Source of the DNA: Cycas panzhihuaensis
Taxonomy: Eukaryota > Plantae > Cycadophyta
Reading direction: 5' to 3'
DNA: 64,000 bases
Assembly (NCBI GenBank): GCA_023213395.1
Contig: CM041465.1
Location: 119,481,741-119,545,740, forward strand
In this document: positions 24,001 to 34,750 of the stretch, one piece after another
Layout of the letters: each line of letters begins with the position of its first letter
How positions within the stretch are numbered: position 1 is the stretch's first letter
Made by a program: the position numbers and the translations under genes
The notes under the pieces: model-generated
Told to the model about the DNA's origin: nothing
What the model saw: the letters and a program-made list of their open reading frames with translations, nothing else
Databases searched by the model: none

Positions 24001-27000
24001 CCACCCGATGGATGACCTGGCTTCGAATGGACGAGGCGCAGGATAGCGTGGGAGTGATAGGACCAGTATGGCCTGAAAGCTGCCTATCATCCCCAAGGGA
24101 CTCTAAAGGAGAGTCAAGGAGAGGTCCCTTGTAAAAAGTAAGAGGGAAACTCTCAACATCATCACCTATGGGAGGTGATGGGATGGAAGAGCTAGGAACA
24201 CGATGATCAACATGCGCAATGTCATGTGACATGTGAAAATGACCAGGCTCTATAACAAAAGGGATCCTAGGAGGATGCCCCATACTAGTGCGGAGAAACG
24301 AAACTGGGTGAGGATGATCCTCATCCTCGCTATGGGACTCGTCATCGTTAAACATGGTGAGGTAGCCATAGCTCCCAACACCAATGGGGGTGAAACACAT
24401 CAAACCAGGAGAAGAAGATATGGGATCTTCTTTATGGTAAGAGGAATCGGGGATTCCAATGGAGCAAGCCGAGACATGATCAGAAGGGTGTTTGTTTCCC
24501 TTCGTATGGCCATGGCTTGCCTGAGTAGAAGGCCTGACTTGTTTGGCGAGCGATCGCTCACGGGAGACAACTTTCATTTGCCTATTATGGACAAATTTAA
24601 GTTGCCCCCAACGGGTGGAACACACGGCTCCCATTTGGTCAAGCCATAGTTGACCCAGAAGCAAGTTGTAATCAACGTCAACATCGAGGACGACGATGTC
24701 AATAACGATAGTCTTGTCCTCAAGAGTAAGGGGTATTGAGATAGATCCCAAGGGAGTCTTCTCGCTACCGTCATAACCCTGATAATGCCATGGAACAGGT
24801 TCTAAGGTGGAAATGCTAAGTTCTTGCATAACGCGTAAGGGCATGGCATTGACGGAAGAACCGTTGTCTACGACGGTTCTTCGCAATGTGCAATCAGGAG
24901 TATCTATGGTAATGGTAAAAGGGAAGTTCCATTGGCGCTCCCTTCCACTAGACGCAGGAAGATCTCTGGGATTGAAAGAGATGATAGGTTCACAACTTTG
25001 GGTTGTGCCCAAGGCGTGAACGGACATGTCATTCGATCCTAGAGCTTCCAAGAGGAGTGTTCGCTGCTTGGGGCAACTTCTCAAGACATCCATGATGGAC
25101 ATCTCGGCAGCCACAGTGAGAAGCTCTTCGACTACGGAGAAGGGCTTACCCCTCCCTGTGGGTTGGGTAAGGGCTCTCCTAAAGTTGAATCTACCGGGGC
25201 AGACGGGAATGCTCTTGGGAAGCGCGAGAATATCTGGAGGAATGGCTTCCGGAGGAGGATCGAGTTGCAAGGTAGATGCGGAGGCGCCTGTTGCCTCGTT
25301 TGCGACTTGAGACTGGGTCAACGTATAAAGGGGAGTGGTCTCAAGCATTTAGATCACCTTCTTTCCTTTATTATGGGACCGCGAAGGTGATGGAGTATGG
25401 CGGCCAGGGGAGCACGAAGGGGAAGATGGCCTTTGCACACCCTTCCCTCTACCATATGAAGGGTGAGAATCGGGGGATCTATCCTGATTTTGATTGTTCC
25501 TTTACTGAACATCATGACCATGTTCCCCATGTTTGGGGAATGGGTCTCTATGAATGGGTTGATCGAGGTTAGGCCTCGATGCCTGCCTAGGGGACGAATC
25601 ACGTGGTGGGACGTCGTGTGGGTGCTGCACTCGACAATGCGAATCGTCATGGAAACACTCCCTGTGGATGGAACACCACCTTTTCTCAAGGGGAGGATCG
25701 ATCCTCCTTGCTTGAGAAGACTGGATGTTACCCCCTTTGGGGGGCACCGCACGAGAAGCCTATTGAACTGGTTTATGGGAGGTCGGTGATGAAGGAGGTT
25801 GGAGTTTAAGCTCCTTCATAGTGTGCTCAAATGAGCGAATAGTGGAGGTAAGAGGATCTAGGGTCCTCTCAGTCAGATGAGAGGTGGGCCTAGTGGGTTA
25901 CGAAGGTTTGGTTTCCTTCACTCGGGGAGGTGCCTCATGGTGTTGTGAGGGCTTAGGAGGTTTCTTGAGTCCATCTTGGATCTTAATGGCCTCCAACGCC
26001 AAGCACCTCGTAATCGCGGAGTCACATGTGGTTGGCCCCATCTTAAAGACTTCCACATGCACTTCGAGGTGAAGCGCGTTGACGAAGAGATCTCACTTCA
26101 ACTCTTCAGGCAACGTGGCCTTGGTAGAGTAAAGGAGATCATGAAAGTGTCACACAAAGTCACGATTCATTTCGTCGTGACCTTGTTTAAGCGACAGAAG
26201 TGCTTTCATTCCACTTTTGAATGGACGGGCTACATCAAAATAGTTGATGAACTTGTCCACCAATTGCTGGAACGAAGAAATTGAATGAGCAGGGAGATGG
26301 TAAAACCACTTGAGGGCGTCACCCTGCAAGGATCACAGAAATAACTTCATTAGAATATGGTCGTAAGCCCAATAATCAATGCACGCCATAGAGAAACTAC
26401 ATACGTGCTCGGTTGGGTTTTGCGACAAAGTTCCGTTGAATTTGGGAACTTCAGGAGGGTGAGGCGGCAGGTTCGTCCTTAGTGCCTCAACAGATAATGG
26501 CGTCGACCTATAGTCTATAAAAGGACATGTCCTTACATGGGCTAACAGATCGATGACCGGCAAAGGAACAGGAATGGATGGGGGTGGTAAGCCCATCCCT
26601 CCCCGGGGAAATGCCCCTTGTTGGAAGGGGGGTTGCAGGTAAATGCCTTGAAAGGGAGGTATGTTCCCTTGCAAAGACGCGGTAATAGGGGTTGCGCTAG
26701 ATGGTGGAAATGAAGGGTGAGGGACCGGGTTTTTCCCATACGGGCCACCCGTAGGTGGCGCAACTCCGTATGGGTGCAACGGGTCCACCCCATAAGCAGG
26801 AAGATGGTTTCCCCTACCCTGCCCCCAAGGTTGAGACGTGTAACCTGGGGGCACGTAAAGGGAAGGACCACCAGCAGGGTTTTAAATATATGTAGGAGTG
26901 GGTTCTACATAGTTAATGGTAGCAACTCTAGTAGGGCCTCGAGGCCTACTAGAGAACACATGCGCCACGTTCGAAGGTGGCACATTCATTTGACTCGGAA

Positions 27001-27634
27001 ATGACATTCTAACCCTGAGTTGGGGAAAGGACATGCCACGAACAGGTCTCGAAGAAGTAGGTAGCGCAACACTTGCCCTAGGAGCCAGTGTAGACATGGC
27101 ATAGGATGAGTGTGCACATGCAGGAGCATCATTCATTGTATAAGACGCAGGTATGGATGAAGAAGATGCTACATTGCGCAATATTTCTTCAAACCACCTA
27201 GGATGCGGTTGGCGGTGAGTTGTTCGGAAGTACTCACTGAGTGCTTCGACTACGTCGGCAGGAGGGGTATCCTCGTAGCCATACGAAGTCAACGGGATCT
27301 TGAATGTCGAGGATCCCTCAGGACGCTCCTCGTAAGGCTCACCAGTAGGGTGGTGAGTCTCGTGAGGAGATGACTCTTCTGCTGCATGAGCAGAAGGACG
27401 AAAGTCAGCAGGGTGAAACTGGTCATCTGGATAATAGATGGAATTATCGCCCCCCTAGGCAGATTCCGGAACAGATGAGGGGAACTCTTGAGTTCCCAAA
27501 GCAATGGTATGGTAAGCCCAATCGGACGGGTAACCTTCCATTGTCGAATTGGGGTTCGACGACGGAAGGGAACAAGGTGATTGGTCTTCTGACAACGGCG
27601 GCAGACCTCGCAAGCGACGTGAGAAACGTCGCAT
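21001..27634 (-). pseudogene. gag-pol: gag-pol polyprotein (gag, zinc knuckle, PR, RT, RH, INT), disrupted by several stops and frameshifts
   Basis: Starts MRRFSRRLRGLPP (ATG 27634). gag VPKFNGTLSQNPTEHVCSF, knuckle WCSIHRECFHDDSHC (~25680), PR VVDNGSSVNAMP (~24880), RT WVSNIVPVTKKNGTICICVDFRDIN..MPFGLKNAGATYQR..FMDDM, RH FILYT..LGAMLAQ..AIYFISR, INT CHHGIYGGHF..YYW..PWPFSQWGLDLIG..YPQANGQVES..WVGPF. Stop at 21001. Confidence 0.95.
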
Positions 27635-27789
27635 GCAATGCCTTTGCGAGCGTTGTTAGAAGAAAACAAAAAGAAGGAAATGAAGCAAGCACATTGGGGG
27701 TTACCCAACTGAAAACACGGAATAAGAGACTACCTAGAGGCAAGAACACCAACGAAAAGGGGAAGCGAATCTAGCTCCCTTACTGGCAG

Positions 27790-27807
27790 TCCCCAGTATG
27801 GTCGCCA
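27790..27807 (-). promoter_or_regulatory. Primer binding site, tRNA-Arg type
   Basis: Minus strand TGGCGACCATACTGGGGA one base after the LTR end. Resembles the Ogre/Tat Arg PBS TGGCGACTCCACTGGGGA. Confidence 0.8.
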
Positions 27808-27808
27808 G

Positions 27809-30367
27809 TGAAACGCTCGCTACGAGGCAATGTCCCTACATCTAACAAAAGGATATAAGAATACACTATGCTAACTAAGCTAGGCAATGAGGACCTCACC
27901 TCGCAGGCGCCTCGGCGCCAGCATAGATTCAGGATCGCAAGGTGCCCGTTGCTTCTGTGTAGGCAAAGCAAGGCCTTCCTACCTTTCGGATGGCCGAGAA
28001 GGAGAGGGAATGCCTTGCGCGTTGCGTCTTCTCAAGGCAATGAGAAGGCAACGAATGGAAGGGCAACTAACTAATGTGCAGGCGAATGCAGGAAAGGGAG
28101 CAATGAGGGCAGCTCGAATACGACGCGAGCAAGCTATCTATGCTACGCTATGCTAGATAAAGCAAGAAATGATATAAAGAAAATGAATGCACTTTCCCTT
28201 TTTCCTCTATATTCCTTTACAATTTCTTAACTACTCAGGCAAATGCATGAAAGGTAGCAATGTAAAAGGGGATACACAGGAAACAAGGGGAATACCTAGA
28301 TCCAACGCCTGAATAGAGTGCAACTCGTCTTTCTGAGTCCCGCTCCTTTCTTCTCCATTCATCGTGCATGCGTTACCGATCAACGATAGTTGCCGGAAGC
28401 GATAGAAGAGGGGTTTACTTACCTCCCCATAAATATGCAAAAGCAAATAAAACGGAAAGAAACGAAAAGCTTGAAACTAAAGAAAGAAATGCACTACGTA
28501 GGGAACTAACCTGCAACGCACTCGTCCCATGTATCACTCCACCAATGCGCGGTCCTACAAATGGGTGAGAAGAACACCTTCCTCTCGGAAGAGAGGCCAC
28601 GAGATATATCAAAAAATATATATATACTGAAATCAAATGGAACTAAGATCTATGCTAAGCATGGAAATATAACCAAATAAAATAGCAACATATAAGAAAT
28701 ACTCTCACCACCATACACCACGAAGACACTCGAAAGGGAAAGGAGTATAGCCTCGGGATGGCTAACTCACCCACGGGAGACCTCCATGGAACTCGGGAAG
28801 GAAAACTAGTTGGCAACAAGGTAGTGAAGCAACAAACCGTAACAAGGAAAATAATAACAGAAAAAAAACTGGGGCTTACGTAGGGCCCAATACCAACAGG
28901 TGAGACTTCTGGCAATGACATAGTGATGGGTTGCCTATGCTAGTCTGAGCACCCTAACTAAGTTCCCTAAATTCCCTTAACCCGTTCCCTAAGAAAGTGC
29001 TGATGGCAAAGGGAAAGAGGACAAGGGATGGAACCCTTGGAGAGAAGGACAGCAATGGGGGACGGAACCCCGCCTACCTCCCTCAAATCCTCGTATGTTA
29101 CTCCTTTCCACCGGCTAATTAAGGAAGGGGTGAAAGAGATAGTTTAAGGAAAATAGAGAGGCTTTAAGGAAACAACAGGAGGGTATTACTAATCTAGTGT
29201 AACACTATGAGGAAAAGCTAGCTAACTAGGATCCCATTCATTAACAAACAAAAGAAATAGGAATAAAATGGATTTCAAGTAGAAAACAAGAAGTACCTCA
29301 TACGAAGAAGATCAATCATGAACTTTGCTGCTAGGAGACAGTAGCAATGATCAATGTATGAGGACTGATCATGAGTGGTTCTTGCAAGAGTGAGAATGAA
29401 GAAAACTCCTTGCAAGCTTAGAGCCTTGGAAGTTGGCTCTTTGGGAAGCTTTTGGGTGAAAATGCCACTTAAATCCTTGAGCACATGCAAAGAAAGATGG
29501 GGCTTGCTGTGGGCAGCTGTAGGGGGCAGCAATGGCCTTGCAAGTTTAGCTGATAGCAATCCTTTTCTCCTTTGTCCAGTTGTTGTGTATATAGATTGTC
29601 TTTTTTTGTGTGTTTTCTTGTTGAAAAAATTAGAAATTCTTCTAAGAGATTTGAAAAATGGCCAAAAGATCCAAAAAATAGGGAGCAAAATCCTCTTTAT
29701 CCCCCTGTTCACAGCAAGTGAACGTTGGGGATGTCAGGGTGACTCGAATCAATCAATGCCATGCAGCAGTTCTGCAAAAAAGCAGAAACTATCACGTGGT
29801 TCTCTTTTTTTTAAATTTCAAACAGTCATACCACTAAGAATTTACTGCATCAAAGAAATGTCATGCATCGCTAAGTTTACAGTAGTATCCGACTGGAAAT
29901 TAAAAGAGAAAAAATAAGTAGAAACATTAGGTTTTGGGGTAAAAACCAAGGCTAAACATAAGTTAGAGCAGCTGGGGGAATGCCCAGGTACCCAAAATAA
30001 TGCAAAGAGTCCTAACTAAGGATTAAATCAAGCTTAGGAAGGACTGCAACATAAGCAACATGTTGTAATGGGAGCAAACAGGTCTGACGAAAACATCCCG
30101 GGAGACCGTGGAGATAACGTGGGTGGCTGTGCGCCATACGGGGTGTAGCATTCACTGAGGAATGCCCCCGCTGTGAGTCGTCATAGGTTGATGGTGTGCC
30201 GTAAGCACATGCATTATGAGCAAGTAGAAAAGTAATGGCAGTGTGCATATGTCAAGCAACATACTCTAAATAACCTCAATCAAGCATGGGCAAGAAAAGG
30301 TAAGAAAATATACCTGAACAAACCTGCATCGATGTGTCTCGAGTCCATTCCCAGTAGCCGGGAAACA
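27809..30367 (-). repeat. 5' LTR (2559 bp)
   Basis: Direct repeat of 13794-16380 with the PBS adjacent. Candidate TATA (CTATATAC on the minus strand) near 29590. Confidence 0.95.
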
Positions 30368-30372
30368 ACTTC

Positions 30373-31005
30373 TTTTGGCTAGCTATGGAGTCCATCATTC
30401 TCACATTTATCTCTAAATATGATACATGCTAATACAATAAAGCATATACGAATATGCAACCAGATCTTCTATAACCTTTGCATATCTCACAAAGTAAGTG
30501 ATAAGATATTGCCATGGATTTTATCACGAGATTACCATTATCTACCAAGTATGACTCTATTCAAGTGGTTATTGACAGGTTGATAAAATATGCCCACTTT
30601 TTACCTATCTACATAGCCTATAAGGTGCCATACATCGTAGACATTTACCTCCAAACAATATTTCGCTTGCATGGATTTCCATCCACTATTGTATAAGATT
30701 GGGATTCTAAATTTAGTAGCTCATTCTAGCAAGAACTATTTCATACATCTAGATCATCATTTGATATAAGCTCTACATATCATCCATAGATAGATGGCTA
30801 ATCAAAGGTCCTTAACAAAACTTTAGAGACTTACTTATGCTATTTTGCATTTGGCCACTAGTCTAAGTGGACAGTATGCCTAGCCCTAATTGAGTACTAA
30901 TACAACTCCTCACATCATTTAGCCATTATAATGTCTGCATTTTTGGCCCTCTATGGATATCCCCCACCTTCTTATCATACCTTAGCTACCAACCTCTATA
31001 CTACT
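30373..31005 (+). pseudogene. Chromovirus integrase, 3' continuation (truncated)
   Basis: FWLAM..KYDTC, MDFITRLP..YAHFLP..FRLHGFPSTIV, YNSSHH..LYGYPPP, then an abrupt junction to LTR sequence. Confidence 0.85.
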
Positions 31006-31254
31006 ACTAATAGGATTGCTTGGAAAAGACTCTCTCTGTCTATTTAAGGGTCATAGATTATAGAAGATGGTTAACTTGATATTTTCTCTTCTTGTAAGAA
31101 TTATATTATAGTATTCTCTTTTGGTGATCAATTGACACTCTTATGCTTTTTAGTCCCTTTTAGCAATTTATTTATCTTTGTGGGTTATATAAAGTGATTG
31201 TGAATTTTTGTTTTCTACCATTTTGAGGAGAGCTTATTTAGAAAAAACAACCCA
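31006..31254 (+). repeat. Truncated 3' LTR of the chromovirus-type element
   Basis: Collinear with 9039-9287, ends ACCCA followed by TSD CTAGT. Confidence 0.85.
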
Positions 31255-33869
31255 CTAGTAATACCCCATTTGAGGGATGTGTTAAGAGTGGAATAGACAT
31301 TGAAGTAACCACCACATATATTGTCATGGTATTTAGTCAGAGCTACCTACACTTTTAAAGAAGAAAGGCATGCCAATAAGAACCCATCAAAGGAGCACTT
31401 ATAAAAGACCACATCAAGTAGTAGGTACTAGTCCACAACTAGTCTAACTCTCTTACTTTCCTTAGAAGAGGTATGTGGTGGGTAGCTTTGATCATGTAGG
31501 TAAGTCTAGATATCCCTATACTTGTGAGTTGCATTTTCATCTAAGATAGCATCTACCTAAAATATGTGCCTATCTAAGAGTATATCATCTATGATATCAT
31601 CATCTATGCTAGGAAGGGGAGTTGTAGTAAGTTATTCAATAACACCTATGCCTTTCATTAACTTATGATTGATGATTGAAAGTCAAATTCCTAAGAGTAG
31701 TAAGGCCCACTTACCTACTCATCCACTAAGGTTATCTTTGGTGAGAAAGAGGTAAATGTGGTTTAATTGCATAATGATGTACATGGTATTATTGAGTAAA
31801 TAATGTCATAAGTTCTTAGTCATAAAGACTATAGCTAATAACTCCTTTTTAGATATTAAATAATCCACTTCCATAACCACTAATGTGTAGTTAATGAAAT
31901 AGATAGCTTGCTCTTACCCAAATTTATCTTCTTAGCGAAGCATGCCTTTAAGGGATTCCTTAGTAGAAGAGTATACAATATGAAAGGTTTATCAAAGATG
32001 GGTAGAACAAGAATGGTAGTAGAAACCAATGCCTTTTTAAGGTTATAAAATGAATCTCAGATAATTAGGATCCAATTGAAAGAAATCTCCTTTCTAAGAA
32101 GGTTTGTGAGGGGCTTCACATTTAGAGAAAAGTCTAATAATAAAGCTTTAAAGGAACCTAAGATCCCCAAGACATGACATGATCTATCTTTTATTATATG
32201 GTAGCAACATTTTGACTATGGCCTTGACTTTATTAGGGTCTACTTGAATGTCATTTCTTAAAACAATATCTTTGAGCATCTTTTCATAGGCAATGACAAA
32301 CATGCATCTATTAGGGTTAAGGAACAACTAACACTTATAACATATTTAAAAAATGATTCATAGATCATGAATATGATCATTTTAGTATTATAATAGTCCC
32401 AACATATTGTCAAGGTAGATGGTGACTATAATGCCAACCAAGTCATGAAAGATAAAAATCATAGCCTATTAATAGGTAGACCTAACATTCTTTAAGTTGA
32501 AGGGCATAACATTGTGAGAAAATATACCATATATCATAATGAATGCCATTTTGTGAGTGAGATGAGAATTTGAGTATATCCCAAAAAATTGTCTATACGA
32601 GACATCACTTCAAAGCTTATAGTTTTTATAATAAGAATAATGTTTGATACCTATTAAGAATAATCTATAATCTCAATAAAACTAATTTTTATTAACTTTC
32701 CAACTTCTTACTTGATTATTGTGAAATGGCCAGGGTGAATAGCTCTCTACTTTTGTCACTTAGGTTTGACCCCAAGAATACTAGTGATATTATAAACTAT
32801 GATGTTGAGGTGTAAATCCTTCACTTTAATATAGTCCTATGCAAAAGCTATAGAGAATTCTTTGAAAAGTTCCTTATGTTATTGGACCTTAGAGGGTGAG
32901 TAATCAGCTCCCACTTTGATTATTACTTTGGGCTTGTCATTAATTTTGAGGTAAATATCCATGGTTTCTCCACTAGAATGGCATTGCCTTCTTTGAAGTA
33001 AAGGGGTATAGTAGGGATGAAGGAATGCAAAAGTCTTGACTTTCACTTGCTAATGGTGAGTTAGGTTGGATATGTTTAGAAAAGCCAAGTTTGTGATGAT
33101 TAGGTAGGAAGTTAGGAGTTGCTCTTACTAATTGCTTCAAGATGGCCTCATCATTTTCAAAGTGGTCAAGGCCAAGATTGACTCTTAGAACTAGATTCTT
33201 TGAGCAATGAAGACCAAGAAGAGGTAAATTAGATGTGAATAACTACTATGGCATGGTGTTAGGAGCATAAGAAAGGATGTTAACAAGAGTGGATGCCTTA
33301 GGTATAAGATCCACGTTGGTGGGAAAACTCCAATCAACCTATGAAAGAAGATTGAATCGTGCATTATGACTAGGTTGGTAAATAGGATTAAAAGATATGG
33401 TAATAAAAGAGAGGGAATCTTTCTCATTATTGGAGGGAAGACTTCCAACTAGGTGACTTAAAGGAGGATTACCTTATGGGAATATCATGGTGATTATATG
33501 GACCTCTCTCACCTCCTCTTCACCTTCTCTTAGAAGTAGTTTAGTGGTAAACTATTATTTGAACCCTATAAAGTGAAAAGGAGAAGAAGATTCTCCTTCC
33601 TAAAAAATTATGTGAATTAGGGGAGTAGATTATCTAATAGGCTTGTTATTACTCTTAATAATCTTGAGCTTATGATTATGTATAAATTGATCTCATCAAA
33701 AAGTTAAGAGAAAACTATTAACATCTGACTGATCCATGGATGAACTAATAACACATTGAATTCTACATGAAGATGAAGGATAGTAACTTTTGTTGTGATT
33801 GCCTTCCCTACTAGTATGAGTGGGAGAGTGGCCTAACTAATTAGAGTCTTTTGATTTTTATCATAGCCT

Positions 33870-34750
33870 TGACATACCCAATTAATATGCTTATATTCTA
33901 ATATCTCTAAGTATTTTATGAGTTAGAGAGGGGGTATCTTCTTGGTGGACCTATGCAACCTATGTATACATATTAATAACTAACATTAATCTTCACTAAT
34001 ATTTCTCATATATATAGATATTTATGTTCTACTAATTACAAGTAGTTATGTCATAAGTCCTCTCCCCTAAGACATGAAGTCCCTTAAGTGCAAAATATGT
34101 GGATATTATTTAATGAATTATTCTAATCCCCATGCCACTTCCTTAAGTACATAGCTGACTGATTATACTAGATACTTAAAGATGGTCTTATTCTAGAGAT
34201 GACATTATCGATTATTCAAGATGTATTCTAGGGGAGCTATTAGGAGTTATTCTTCATTAAGGGCTAAGAGGGTAGATTGAGGGATAATGGTCTTTCCAAG
34301 GTACTTTTCAAGATATAAGACATGGAATACATTATGGATCTTGGTATCAAGGGGAAGTTTAAGGGTATAGGTAACTTCACTGATGTCCTAGATAACCTTA
34401 TAAAGACCATAGTACTGAGGGTTGATCTTATCATTTTTATTATTATGGAGGGATCATTGTTTGTAGGGTTTGAGATGAAGGAAGATTAAATCACTAATAG
34501 AAAAGGGTCAAATAAAATGGTGGCAAGCAGCAAGTTACTTCATACAATTTCAAGCAGAGGCTAAGTTTTATTTGAGTGTATGTAGGACTTGGTCCATATC
34601 TTATAATTTTTGTTAGATTGTAATAATTCAAAGATTGGTGGCCAATGTATGGTGAGATGGTGGGTGGTAATCATAAAGGGTCATGAAAGGGGACATACAA
34701 ATGGTAGAGTGATGGGATGAATTATACTAATATTCAAGTAAGAAAAGATG
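33870..34750 (-). mobile_element. 3' fragment of a chromodomain-bearing gypsy element (INT C-terminus, chromodomain, PPT, 184-bp LTR at 33870-34053)
   Basis: Minus strand YNSSHHST..SPFMTLYDYHPP, PQYYGLYKVI..YTLKLPLDTKIHNVFHV, then a chromodomain-like YILN.R..KYLV. PPT AGGGGAGAGG. LTR with 7-bp terminal inverted repeats TGACATA...TATGTCA. Confidence 0.75.

Larger units (their letters stand above)
13794..30367 (-). mobile_element. Full-length Tat-type (OTA superclade) Ty3/gypsy LTR retrotransposon, 16.6 kb
   Basis: Perfect TSD ACTTC (13789-13793, 30368-30372). Two ~2.57 kb LTRs TGAAAC...GGAAACA. PBS next to the right LTR, PPT next to the left LTR. gag-PR-RT-RH-INT on the minus strand. Confidence 0.97.
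8872..31254 (+). mobile_element. Degraded chromovirus-type Ty3/gypsy retrotransposon, host of the 13794-30367 insertion
   Basis: TSD CTAGT at 8867-8871 and 31255-31259, TG...CA ends, Met-type PBS at 9290. Protease ILIDGGVSVNFID (~11725), RT FFDDILIYS (~12740), RH (~13150-13450), INT MDFITRLP..VIDRLIKYAHFLP (30514). Confidence 0.9.
5655..33869 (-). mobile_element. Old, degraded Tat-type Ty3/gypsy pol (PR-RT-RH-INT), in segments 33869-31255, 8871-8473 and 6236-5655
   Basis: Minus-strand translation gives protease GYDKNQKTL..TLPL..VEFNVLLVHPWISQM (~33860-33720), RT MPFNLKNV..IFHDLVGIIVTIYLDNMLG (~32500-32400), INT zinc finger LYKCSFDG..ICGGYF..MGYY*PTLFKDVH (spans 31260|8866), INT core FFQWIFDLI..CRFEIPDIIFIDN (8750-8540), and INT C-terminus SSCYP*AN..ALWVYHTS..IPLEVEIPSL..NNGAYYLATLKGL (6230-5660). 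All are collinear with the 13794-30367 element. Confidence 0.85.

Noticed and set aside
21850-27774. Many plus-strand ORFs of 60-170 aa
   Set aside because: Antisense shadows of gag-pol in GC-richer DNA.
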